From Psilocybe cubensis (Eukaryota): 64,000 nt of DNA. This document shows positions 1-12,939 of the stretch, one piece after another. Positions within the stretch are counted from its first letter, which is position 1, and the number at the start of each line of letters is the position of its first letter. Where the stretch lies: assembly GCA_017499595.2 (NCBI GenBank), contig CM039008.1, forward strand, positions 1,860,001 to 1,924,000, read 5' to 3'. Position numbers and translations under genes: made by a program. The notes below the pieces were generated by a model, which was not told the DNA's origin, searched no databases, and worked only from the letters and a program-made list of their open reading frames with translations.

Positions 1-2045
1 GAGAATTCCTTTCATCTGGTTTTCATGTTTTGTATCAACTAGTGCTTTAAGAGCATTCACTGCACTGCAGTCGTCGTCGGAAGGGTTAGCCATCACGAAT
101 GCCAGGGCCAGTAAATCTCCTGCTACGCATTGATGCACTTCGGATACAAAATGTGCGACTGTAAATCAAATGCTGCTATCTTGTCAGGGCCGTGTTCAGT
201 TAGCACCAGGTTAGCACTGTGAATTCTGATGATCATGTTGAACTAGTGGTCTGCGAATTAATGGATCTGTTACTTTGTCTTCTTCTTGCATGCTACCAAA
301 GTACTATACTATCATCCGGGATCGGCCCTCTGAAAATGTCGATGTCCTTCTACTGTACCTTGCACCGTCGAAACAACTTATGACGGGATATTTCTGTCGT
401 AAACTCAACAATTCTCCCATTTGTATGCTATCTCCTTCAATCCTTCAATCCTACACATCCTCATCTATTGTCCAGAAAGATGGATATTCTTGGGCGGCAC
501 AGGAGCTCAGTGGACAATCACTCGCTCTAAGTGTACATTGCTCTACCCCCGAAGGTTTTCCAAATCGCTTTTGTCTCCTTGAGTCCTCCTTTCTCAGGTC
601 TGCCAGACAGGCTGACTGTATGTTTTTTACCTCCATCTCGTTCAAACTTCAGGTGATCTGTTGCGATTTAAAAAAAAACGAACCTTATCTCATCGTGATT
701 CACCTCTCTGGGTACGTGCTCGTCCAGTCGATTTTGTTTGATTTGATTGTATTCAGCCACACTTCACAGTATATGGTACAAGTTTGAAACTTATATTTTG
801 CTTTTGGCTTCTGCAGCTTACTACCAGAGACAACCAATCCTGGAGTACATTAATGTGGTGTTCACTTTCTGTATCGTCTAACATCAATTTCTGAATTAAC
901 GACGGAATAATATAAATCAGATATATAGTTTGTCAATGAACTGACATCAAGAACACACGTTAAAAGATAGTGTCTGCCTTGAGTCAGCTTAAACTGGTGT
1001 TCAAACTAGTATATAAGCATCCATAGCTTCTAAATGTTTTACCCCTGCTGTAGGGAATGATAAGATTAAGAGCCCATATATCATCAATGTCAGCGTGATG
1101 GGCGGTACGGTCAACGGCTAAGAAATTTGGTCTTGAGTCTATGTCCTCTGATATATAAGTAAAAAAAAAAATTCAGCCTGTTCAGGGCTCGGAGGCGAGT
1201 CTATTGGTGTAATTTCTTTTCCATCAAAACGCTACTGCGGAGGACGTTACTCTACTCCCAAAAATATCGTACTCGATTTGGCCTAACCGCGACTGGATGG
1301 TTCATTAAACGGGGTTACTTAGATTACAAACCGCAGTCAGGCGCCTGCCACCGGACTCAACCTCGGTAGCTTAAGATTTACAAAGACAAAATCCTAACAG
1401 CGTCACCAGGCCTACTGATTTCGACGTAGGAAAACGCTATTGTTTTACCAGTTTAACCAATTTACCAAGTAATCTTGACTGAAAGATGTTCAACTCTTGG
1501 CTAGTATGTATACCAGACCTTTCCAGAATGCTCTGTTTGATTTATGTCCCTACGGCAATCGGATCAGGCCACCTAATAAACAAATCGAGGTTTTACGAAC
1601 GGGCGGTAATTTTATGATACAAACAATCCCACAATGTCCCGCTCACGTTGACATTGGTTTTTGAAATCCTAACAGAAGTATCTACCTCGGGGTTGAGTCC
1701 CCCGGTGTGCGAGAATCGAAGCATTCAACGAGGATTCCTTTATCCCATACCATAGAGTTCATCTTAGTCTATAACCTTTAATGGTCAATTGCCTCTAATC
1801 ATAGCTAAGAAAGGATCCCAGTCGCAGTTGAATGATATCCGAAAGTGACAATGTTGAGTAAATTTAAAGCCGCTCGGTGTAGCCTGTTGGCATGGACAAG
1901 CTGTCATGCTGTTCGCTTAGATTTAGCTAGATCCCGGATCTCGCGCGTCACATCCCTATTGACTATTGATTTTCATATTAAAGGCCGCGTCGGGCATACA
2001 AACCACCTTTCCTTCGACAGTCCCTTCTTTAATCGTTAGTGCCTG

Positions 2046-2483
2046 ATGCTTTCGTCCATCTTGTCCAGGATCGAGGAGTTCTTCCTTACTGGAATCGTTT
2101 CTTTGGCTATTATCGTGGCCACTGTCCGAGCCCACTTCGCCCGTCTCTCAGTCGATTTGGAGTGGGCTGGGTTTCTGGGAGTATTCGTCATCTGCCTAAT
2201 CTTGACACTCGGGTTGTACTTCTATATTGCGATCAGCCAATGTTGTTCGTGGAGAGCCCGGAGACGAAGGAGAACAGATGAAGAATGGAGTACGTTGAGA
2301 GAGCTGGAGGTATCATCGGGTCATAGATTTCAAGTCCTACCTATCATCCTCCAATGGCGAATCTACGACGAAAGGTCGATGAGTCCCCAACGAGGCCGTG
2401 GACATGGGATAAGACTCGATGATTCAGGATTAGAGTCCCTTGGTATGCTGCTATGTTTCCTCTGTAGTGTGCACCATTGTTAA
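2046..2483 (+). CDS. possible small membrane protein (two hydrophobic segments followed by a basic RARRRRR stretch)
   Basis: ATG-initiated 145-aa ORF with two hydrophobic stretches (FFLTGIVSLAIIVATV; FLGVFVICLILTLGLYFYIAI). No family recognised, so it may be spurious. Confidence 0.25.
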   Translation: MLSSILSRIEEFFLTGIVSLAIIVATVRAHFARLSVDLEWAGFLGVFVICLILTLGLYFYIAISQCCSWRARRRRRTDEEWSTLRELEVSSGHRFQVLPIILQWRIYDERSMSPQRGRGHGIRLDDSGLESLGMLLCFLCSVHHC

Positions 2484-2758
2484 TACTGGCCCGCGATTTT
2501 AATAGGTGAGGCATTGCTGGAACATAAGCCTCATGGACGCCCAAATCATAGTTTCCCCCCCAGGTCAGTGAGTGACCAGTTGCGTATTTGACGACCGATT
2601 GACTTCTTTCTGCGCCGAAGAGGGCGGCATTAAATGACGTTCAGAATGTTCAAAACAACACGACACGACACCCATTGTATAATTACCAAGATAAACAGTG
2701 CATAGAAAGATAGTAGTACAGATATGCAGTCTTCATGTTTTGCGTCATTGTATTTGTA

Positions 2759-3816
2759 TCACTCGCTTCGGGCTTTGATGAACTCGAGTGCCAACTTGGG
2801 ACTGTACAATAATCATGTCAACGTTGTTGAACATACCCACGCTCAGTAAGAAAGAAAGGTGTACCTGTCCTTGGGTGATACAGGAAGCTTTTTCTCTACA
2901 AGTTTACCGCCCTTTTCGAAGATGAAATGGCTTCTCTTCGTCTTGCCGTCTTGTCCCGCACCCAAAGCTGTGATGAGAGTTCTCTTGGGGTCTGATAGTA
3001 AAGGATATGGCAGTCGTTGCTAAATAATTGAATGTAATCTAAGCAAATGAATAAGGGTAAAAACAGAAAAAACTTGCGTTAGTTTTCCATTTATTTTGTG
3101 CAGTAGGCGAGTCGGCACTCAGACAATATACATCGTAGTTCAACGACGTAAAGTCAGGGTATATATCTCGGAATCCACAAGCCTGATTAGTACAACCAGC
3201 TAAGGAGACAGAGATAAGCAGAGAGAAAAGTAAAGCAGTAGGGAACATACGAGTAGCAGCCTTAGGGACGAGGAAAAGAACGACTCCTTTCTCAGCAGCC
3301 AGTTCGGCAACTTTGATCTCCCCGCCCTCCTCGTTTTGAAGGGTGAGCGCAGGTAAGTTATCTCCAATTTCCAGTTGTTTTATTGGAACAGGGGCGTCCT
3401 TACTCCCTTCCGCCTCCGTCTCGGCAACAGCAGGGGCAGCTTGGGCCTCTTCCGAGTCCTTAGCGTCTTCTTTCGCATCCTCTGTTGCAGGAGGAGCTGG
3501 GGCCTCTTCTTTTGGAGCTTCTGTTTCAGTAGGGGCAGCTGCCGCGTTATCTGGGTCCGCCTTTGCCTAAGAGGTTATGAAAATAACACAAGGAAAAATA
3601 ATGAATTCAAAGAATCTATGAGACAAGATTGTTAGAAGGGACCTTTTTGGTGGCAGATTCGTCCTTTGGCTCATCCAAAGCTTCAGCTGATCTTTTCTTC
3701 GTTGCTTTGGGCTTTTTGGCGGGTTTTTCAGGAGCCGCAACCACAGGCTGCGAGGCAATTCGGCCAGAGCGCCTGGGCTCAGTTGCAGGAGCGTCAGAGA
3801 CCTTGCGAGGGGCCAT
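2759..3816 (-). CDS. BCP/PrxQ-type peroxiredoxin (DOT5-like) with a Lys-rich N-terminal extension, multi-exon
   Basis: Spliced exons read GVVLFLVPKAAT / GCTNQACGFRD (peroxidatic CxxxxC) / LSADSP / LPYPLLSDPKR / RSHFIFEKGGKL. GT-AG introns; TGA at 2759-2761. Confidence 0.88.
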
Positions 3817-4364
3817 TGTTGGAGTAAGAGTTGACGAACGGGTTGAGAGCAGGTCGACGCTCGGCAGCGCACTGAGCGCGCCGCGTGAGCATTTTCAGGC
3901 ACATTTTTGTATTTTTTGCAACTCAATATTTGCCATTTTCGCCATTATTCGACGCCTTGACGATATCAAGACCTCCGTGGTGTCAAGACCCTAACAAAGC
4001 CCCAAGTATATTAAAGGATTTGTAGGAGTACCAAACAACTTGCTAGACAATAGATATAACTAGACATTAACATAAAGTGGTATTAAAAGTGGTCAGTTAT
4101 TTTTGTGATGATAGCTCTTGTTCTTGTCTGAAATCCTGAAAATTTGAATGAAAAATGGGCTTATGACAATGGAGGATGGTAAGGTATTGGCTAGTACTGT
4201 GTTGAATGAGGATCCGCTCGAAAGATAGTGAAAAGAATGGAAGGAAGGATATATGCCTTCGCAGATGAATGTCCGAAAGGAAGCTGTCAACTTTCGGCCG
4301 TAAGTACCCAGTAACCTTGTAAGATTCTTGCGAACAGTAAGAATGGTGCAGTGAGAGGGGTAGG

Positions 4365-7300
4365 CTACGACCCAGTTGTGGGGGTGGTTGGAGAGGAATG
4401 ACTCCTTGATATGGACGGCCGGCTTCCGCTTAACGAAGGGCTAGGGAATCCAGATTCAGAAACCGCAGAAGCAGGGCTCGGCAGCATGTCTACACGTTCA
4501 GTCGATGGTGATGATAATGTGGGTGATATGAGGCTGAGAAGCGAGTTGGTAGCGGATTTGCTGCGTGAGATGTATGGTCTCGGTGGTGGCTTCGGGCTTG
4601 AGTTTTCTGTCACTATCGGTGACGAAGGCGTCGGTGTGCGAGGAGACCTGTCGCCGGTGCCCGCAGGCAAGTTTGGGTCTGGCATCCCGCTGACGATTTC
4701 AACTCCAAACTCGTCAGTGAGGGGTCGAGGCGGTGGACGTTCTACCATTGCCTCAAGGAGCTGCAATGGCCATGTGAGAAAAAAGACAGAATCAAAAGTC
4801 AGAATAACGCACTTCTTTCCGCAATTCCTCTCCAGCGTACTCCCCTTCCATCTCTTCTGGTCCAAGGAGTACTTGGCCCTTCCTGAAAACCTCACCTTCT
4901 TCCTCTACCCAGCTACGAGACCTGTGAAAGATGTAAGAGACATGACCGGCAAAGGTTGTGGCTCCTCAAACCTATCCGTAGGAGAAGTTACTTCTCCAAT
5001 TCGAACATATCGCACCCCATCTTCATCCTCGCTCTCTGACTCAGAGATGCGGAATGTTGTCGGGCTAAGCACTGGCTCGAGCTTTTCGGGTTCAGGCTCA
5101 GCCTTCCGCTTGCCCTTATCCACTTTCGGTGTCGTAGGCGTCTGCGAGTCCTCATCAAGGCTAGTCATGCTACTCGAATCGGAGGAATCGTGAGTGCGTC
5201 CGTTCATCGCTCGTCCATTGATGTGGGGCAGTCCGTCCAACCTTCCGTCGCCATCGTCTTCCGAATTCTGCGCGCTGTCGAGTGAAAGCCCAAGACCTTG
5301 CAAGAACAAGTTCGGTCTGGTGCCGCCTGGAACCTTTTTTAGCAGAGAAAGAAGCTGGTCGTTAATGCCTAGAAGTTCTTCTAGCCGTGAAGGATCTTCA
5401 GTTTCTTGGATCATGGTGGCCAGCTCGGCAGCGACGTTTTTCGCGTTTGAGACCAGTTCTTTTGGAGGTACAGATGCTTTTGGTGTCGTAGGTGACTGGG
5501 ACATGTCAGGCGCAAGGAGATTGCTCAGCTGCGACACATGGGCCCAGGCTCGAACGACGACATCCGCTTCATTCTGCGCAAATTCATTTCAACATCAGAC
5601 GAGGCATGCGCAAGCTGCGAGGTGCAGGGCAACTGACCTTCTTTTCTTCTCCCAGTCTGATTGACTTCGCGAGCTCGCTCTCTTCAATCATACCCCAGAC
5701 ACCTTTACCCATCCCTCTCCCGCTCGCCTTTGCAGAGCCTTCCGTAGACTTCGACAGCCGCTCCGCCTCCTCCGTGTTGCGAACACACGAATTCAGAATC
5801 TCCCTGCACATGCTACATAAATAACCCAATTCAATGGCAATACCGACGTAAAGAACAGGACTGACCGTGAAAACTCCTCGTCACCAGGCGGGATGTTCAG
5901 ATCCAGGCAGCGCATGACGTGGTTTGCCTTCAGTCCCGAGCTCAAGGCCATCACACCGGCAATGTCGATATTGTTCATCGTTAAATCAAGGTGAAGGAGT
6001 GAGGTCGACTCTGGAAGGAACTCTGCGAGCGCAATGGCTCCGTCCGAGGTCATTGAAGTGGATGATAAGAATAGCCTCTTGAGAGCAGTATTGAGTGTAA
6101 ACGCCGTTCGCAGTGATTGGATCTAGAGTATTCTTAGCACGAGTATTTCAGGCATGGTGTCTTATGGCTTACTCCTTCCAAGCCTGGTCCTGAACAAGGA
6201 TTCTTGTTCAGATCCAGAGTTTCGAGGCTTGAGTTGTATTTCTAGAAATAACACCAGTTGAGATCACTTTGCACTACACAGATGAAAGCGTTAAATGAAC
6301 GCACCAAAGCCTCCGCAATGCTCACAAGACACTGTACGTCAAGCTTATTTTCACTGAGATTGAGCACCTTCAATGTTCGGTTGCGTTTTAGCACTTGAGC
6401 CAAATATGTAACGCCATTCTAAAATTGATTATTACCGTCGAATTCAAGAACACTCGTTAAATCTACTTACCCGCAAGTCATTTCCCTTCAGATCAAGCGT
6501 CCTAAGAGCACCTAACCGAGGGAGCGAGTCCAGGGCTCTGACTTTATCCAACAAAGCGGCGCTAGGCCCAGCGTCATGGTGTGAGTTTGAACCAGGTGCA
6601 CCAGGTGGCGGTGGATGGCGCGTCGTTACGCCTCCCTGCGAAGATGACGTGATGATTGGAACGTGCTGGCCCGTCGGTGAGAGTGGATTGACTGCGATGG
6701 TGGGAGGAGCTCGTCCTCGCCTTGCCTTCGGTACATAGGGTGTGTATGTTGTTTGCATACCGACCGTCGTTGGATGGCGTGGAGGTGGAAGAGGGACAGG
6801 GGGCTTAGTAGGTACTGGACCATTTGAACCGATTGTTGGTGTGGATGGAGGAGACGTTAAGGAAGAGAGGCTTGATACTGAGATTGTAGGAGATGAAGTA
6901 GCGGAGGAGGACGGTGTATAGGTCCCACTCGTTGTTGAGGGGGATTGTGGGTTTGGTACAATGTCAGGGTAATCTCGTATCATGAGAGCTAGGGCCACGC
7001 CGCCGCTGACAGATATGTGGTTGTGTCGGAGCGAGATGTTGCGTAAGGATGAAGTGCGAACAGCCCGGCCTTTCGACAGGGTTCAACATTGCCAACAAAT
7101 TAAACCAGGAGGAGACGTACAAAGAGTTTCCAAAGCTGCTGGCCGCAACGAGCAGTCATCGAGGCGCAAAGATACAAGGCCAGGCTCAGGGGCCGTTTCT
7201 AAGGCTGCAACAATGTACTCCACGGACTTCTTATCAAGGGCATTTTGAGAAAGATCCAGGAATTGTAGAGTTTTGGCCTAAGTGGTGGTATTGTTAACGC

Positions 7301-8170
7301 CTTGCCTCCCCAATAATGTTCTTGACTACCTTTTTAACATATGCGCCAATAAGACGGAAGGCCGCAGCTTTCAATTTGCGGTTTGACGCGACTGACAGGA
7401 ATGAGAGGGTCCCTGGTATAAGGAGTGCATGTAAAATTGGCTTGATTTTCTGCAGAGCATAGATGAACAAACATAGTTTAGGAAGTCGCTGAATTTTGGA
7501 CGTACGTGGTCGTCTAAATCACACTCCCTGAATACCAACTTGCGCAGACCCCACTCGATGGAAAAGACATCAGAAAGAATGGATGCTGAAGTAAAGGTTA
7601 GCTGAACACCAGAAAAATCAACTGTTCGAGGGGTTCCAGGGGATGCATGCTTTTAACAGCGAAATGAGGCAACAGTAATACCGTGGAGACAATAGGTTTG
7701 GCAAATACCTTGAGAGCGACGGTGATCGCTGGATCAGGTTCTTCGTCGCAACCAGCGCAGCATTCCCTATAAAACGACTCTACTTTGTCCATAGACCACC
7801 ATTCTTCTGCATCTTGACCTCCAGGGCTGCTGGGACTCCCTCGGACAACCCTTTTCCTCCGCTCCTGCTCCCTTTCCTCTATCGCCCTCTTCTCTTCCTT
7901 GAGCGTTGGGGTCGACGGTGGATTGACAGAAGATATAGGGTATACGACAGCAATCTGAGGCAGAATGAAGTGGGCCCTCTTCAGTGGTTTAACATCTTCA
8001 TCGCTGGCAGGCTGAGGTTGGTTCGGGGTTGGAAGAAATCGAGTGATGCGAGAGAAGAGAGACTGTTGGACTGGTGGTGGACGCTTCAGGATGGATTTTC
8101 CTGGGACCGGTATGGTGACCGCTGATGATGATGGTGGACATGAGGTCCCCGAGGATGAGGACGAGGCCAT
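4365..8170 (-). CDS. RNI-like leucine-rich-repeat protein (MHP1/PPP1R37-like), multi-exon
   Basis: RNI-type LRRs (LRTLDLKGNDL, LKVLNLSENKL, LLHLDLTMNNI, GAIALAEFL). N-terminal GKSILK and KRAHF motifs. C-terminal SRSWVEEEGEVFRKG block. Confidence 0.8.
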
Positions 8171-11100
8171 TGGACGATGTTGAAGAGGATATCGCTTTAT
8201 TAGAGAACCATCCGAGTTTGTAACATAGGTTCAGGGTCCAACGTGCAAGGGACCCATCAATTCTCATTTTTGTGTCACAATACTCACGCTCCTTAAACTC
8301 AAACAACCATGGAACATCACTTTCATAGCTCTACCTCGCAATCAGAATACCATACTAATCCTAAGAAATTGGAAATATCGCTATCTCATAAACTTGAAAA
8401 ACCATAACCAACCACGTTCATTTTCGATCGTCTCAGAATTTCAAACTAGCGCGGCTGATAACAGTCTTCATCTTGATAAACAATAATCAAAAGGACTATA
8501 ATCGTTCGACTCCATGAATATATCAGGTAAGATTTATATATCTGCAGGGTATAATAAATCTGACGTGTGGAATTTGCACGTTCTCTAGGTGAATGTCAAG
8601 GGGACGCGAAGCGTCTGACTGGGTCAAATCAAGGCAAACGAAGTATAACTGTGGCAATTTTCTCAGCGACAGGAGTTCGAGTTCCAAGCCATTCACATAA
8701 CCGTGAGGCTGAACCGTTTGCCAGCGTCCTTGCTCTCATTCGGTGTGCTGTCTCCCCAACAAACTTCTTTATTTCCCGATTCTCAAACATCCGTGATCAT
8801 TCTGTTCTAGACATGCCGGGCGAGCTCTCACAAACAGCACCCGCATAAAGTTTATCGTGGCGATACAAAAGACAGGGGTAACTCAAATCTGCCTTTGCTA
8901 CTACGACTGGCCGTATGCTCTCAGTATAAACTGTCCTGATCATATTAATATAACAGCGCGACACAAGCACGGAAACAACGTATTCACCGTTGTCTATGCT
9001 TCATTTGTCTGTGCTTCAGGTGAACGATGAACCCATATTGACGAGAAAGCTTTCATCGTGCTCTGCAGATCGACCTTCAAAGTTTCAAGTATGCGGCTCC
9101 TTTATACCTATCCAGTACCCGTATCTCTACAGGACAACTCTCAGATCAGTTCGTCTACCTACATATCTGCAGAACACGTACATATACTTCGTTGATTGTC
9201 TTCCCTGTAAGCTTCCTCCCTTGCCCCGCTTTAAATTTGCGGAAAACCTGAACGGAACGATGGCCTTTCTTTCCAGTTATGTCCAGCATGCTCAACGCGC
9301 ACAACGCCCAAGTTGTCCCTTTTACCCTCGATTATTACGTTTGGTATCTTCAGCGCCTCCGATTCATATGTCGATCTTTTATTCCTCATTCGTTTTTCTC
9401 AGGCCCTTTGCTACTTTCCGATCTTTCACTGTTGAGATGAAAAGATGGTGAGTAATGTTCGGGGTGTAGTAGGGGAGTGGGATGGTACTTTACTAAGGTA
9501 ATGGCATCCCAATGATCCCATCCAGCTTAACTCCAGTAATTTATTCGTACTTCCCCGGTTGGTAGCGTCACAAATGCGGCTACATACCCTGCTTACTGAA
9601 CATAGTTTTTTTCTAACCCTCTTATCTGTTGTCCTGAGTAAAGCATGGTAACGAGGAATGCAGAGCAAAAGATACTAGGCCACATCAGCTCTACATCTTG
9701 ATATTTTTTTAAAGATATGTGGTATAGAATCCACTGTCAAAGAGCCGAGTTGTAGCTTGAGTCGAGCTAAGGCTGGCTGAAATAGACCTCAGTCCCACGG
9801 ACTCCCTTACTTTGGAATGAATTCGTGCAAAGAATGCTGTTGCAGTACCTATCGTATACCGGTATTTATTTCCTATTTGAGAATTCCTTCCCACCAAGTG
9901 TCTCTCATACGTTTATAGTTGGCCGTAAACTGATTCCGAAGGGCAGTTTACGGTGATTCAAGCAAAAGTACACAGTCTCTTGAATTCGTAGGTATGGAAG
10001 ATTTGGAAGACGAATTTTGTCTTCCTGAAATGTTCCATCTAAGCGTACACCTTTCTTGTACTGTAATTATGGGGAGGAAAATAGCATGCATTTATCCTTA
10101 ACCTCACGCCGTTGGAGTGCAGCAATGATTAAAGTCTCAAAAATCACGTTCTGAGGTTCGAGGATTAATCGGAAATTAAGGCATGTAGGGTGCTACGTTC
10201 GTTGTGCTCAGTCTCTATTAACCGCTTCTTGCTACTTGAATTTCCAATCAGTAGCCACGAAAGAGGTCATAAGAAATGTCAAATGTGCTTCACTCCGCAA
10301 CGTTGATAACGATTGGCCGAGAAATTAAAGAGGAACAACCCAAAACGGAATGATCATTTCGGGAGGCATGGGGAGATGGGCGTCTAACTAAACATAATTA
10401 GGCGCGCATCATTGCCATGGCATGTAACTTTCATTTGCAGTTACTTTCTGAGTAGAAAATTACACAGAAGTTAATAAGGAACAGTTAGTTGGAGTTATCT
10501 AGATTTATCTTTGACTGCCACTTTGAAAGCATTTAAACTTGATGTACAGGCTTACAGATCTTTTCAACAAATTTGGTAAAACCGTAACATAGCTAGTAGC
10601 CTAGTAGCTATGTAAACCAAATGTATGACTTAGATGTGTACGACATATGTATTGCATACCAACCTTACTTCGAACTGCTGAGGATGTCAGATATTTCTGC
10701 CTCGGAGTTCCCAGTCCAACATGAATCAATGTGATACATACAAAGTCATCCTCGGAGTTGCAAGGCCTTCCATACTGTTGTGCTGTAAGTCACTTCCCGA
10801 ACATATCCAAAAGTCTTTCCAGACAGCTTCTAGTTGACAGAAGTCAAAGTTCATGTGTTCGGGGTTGTCGGTTAACTAAAAGTGTACGTTTCTGGCATGA
10901 CGAGTACAAATGGCGGAGGGTTGTAACTTGAATACGATGCTAAGGATACAAGCTGTCACCGTACAATGTTATATAAGGCTAATACTATGCAGGCAGAGAC
11001 CTCGACGGAGATACCTAAGTCTCGGTATTGATATTGAATGTTTTGCCATTTTTATTATCACGGAAACTTCAACGTTCAACCGGAGATGTTGTAGCTGACA

Positions 11101-12096
11101 TTCCTGTACAGATCTGATTCCTAAAAAGCATAAAGATAGGCCGGCCGTTCTGTGCAGAGCTTGAGACACAGCAGGCACTCGGCCATAGACCGGATCAGTC
11201 TTTCATTGACGATGATTCGATCCCGTTATCTGGATACATGGCTGCCCTTTTGTTGAATAAATAGAGAGAATGTATACTTTTGCATAATGAGAAGGGCATA
11301 TAGAAGATCCTATGTGAACTCGTATATGACAGTATTTATGACAAGGTTTAAGTCAAAGAGTTCAAACTACGCAAAGTCCTTCACTCTTGTACTGCGGTAA
11401 TTGACTGTAATAAATTTAAAAAATGAGGCTCTTGTTGTGGTCGCCTCTATTGAATGCGAATCGCTCCGAGTCATCACGATGACCATTGACAGAAGTGCTG
11501 TGCAAATATATTTTGAGACTTTGAGAAAACATTACATTGAAGGCGTAGCTGCATCTCAAGCAACATAATATGGCTCGAATCTTCCAAAGAAGCGTAATTA
11601 TAACGACAGATCCTGTCGTCTCCTGGTTTCTTCCCCAGCCTTGAAGTGAGAGTATCTGGGTTAGGGTAGACAACATAGGCCATTAGTGTCATTTCTTACT
11701 TATCTTCCAAGGTGATGGACCATGCATTTGGATTCTCTCCGACGTCGGTCCAGGCTGTAATCAATGTTCATAAAATAGGTAAGAACTACAGGCTAAGGCT
11801 TGTAACAAAAATGAAAGACACTGCGAGAAAACATTATGAAAGGAACCAATGATAAGTATACTACAGATACAAAATGTAAAAATGACGAAATAACTTTTGT
11901 AGTTCAAAAGTGATTATTAGTGAATAATGTTACAATGTGCGAGGGAAAAATAGAGAGACGAGCTAGAAATACAATTGAGGATTGGGTTAAGAAGCGACGT
12001 GCTCCAGTCTATAAGGTATAAGAGACCAACAATAAACAAAGATCTGTCCAAATAGTCTGAAGAGAGAAATCAAGAGTAAAAACAGATGATCGACAC

Positions 12097-12939
12097 TTAA
12101 CACTCGTCCATGAATGGCCGGCACCTGTCCAAAAGACGACTCCAACGGCCCTGATTCCATGTTCGCACTCTGGCCCAGCCTTCGTGGGCATCCATCCTCT
12201 TAATCCAAATTAATATGGAACATAAAGCAAAGTCTGCGTAGGTGACATCATTCCCATATGCGACGACACCGTCACCGTATCCATCGCCTTTATTTTTATC
12301 CATTATTGCGGCCAGAAAATCGAATTGTTCCCTGGCTGCCTGCCAGGCCATTTCTCGTTGTGGGCCTACCAAGGTCGTAGCAGGTGCCTGTCCTCCACGG
12401 AAATGGGTTTGTGTTGAATGAGGAAGTTGGTGGTGGCTCATAGGGACTAGTATTGGGAGGAGAGGTTTCGAGAACACCTCTTGAATATAATGCACGAAGA
12501 GGGCTTGAACTGCCCTAGAACCCTGGGGAAAAATAGGGCGAGCTGGGTATGTGTCTTCAAGATATTCGGCGATGGTATTAGAATTCGACAAAATTATTGG
12601 GGAATGTGGGTTGCGTGTTGGGTCCACAATCACGGGAAGGGTGTATACCGGTCTTCCGTCACTGCGTACAGATGAAGGTGGAGCCTTGATATGGCTAAGA
12701 GCTCTTTCGACGTCCTGAAGCTCGATCCATACTGTTTCGTACGGTAGGCCCTTGAAATTGAGAATAAACCTAGAAAAAAATAAGGGTCAGTGAACCGGCT
12801 TTTAGTACATAGAGGCAAAAACAAGGCACCTTATTCTCCAGATGTTGGGCATCCATGGCTGAGCACCATGCCCTCGAACATCATATAAGACGAGCTTGGG
12901 AGGCATGTTGCGACTGGAGGTCCCATAACGGGATGACAT
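12097..12939 (-). CDS. glutathione S-transferase-fold protein (fungal GST_N_3 type), 2 exons
   Basis: Exon 1 LVLYDVRGHGAQPWMPNIWRIR. Exon 2 FILNFKGLPYETVWIE...YTLPVIVD...SNTIAEYLEDTYP...VTYADFAL. The start could instead be the ATG at 12906. Confidence 0.82.

Noticed and set aside
1-1800. ORFs at 275-787 and 451-645
   Set aside because: Non-ATG starts, no motifs and no clear splice structure.
8300-12000. Scattered 60-150-aa ORFs in the long intergenic region
   Set aside because: No homology recognisable by eye; treated as non-coding.
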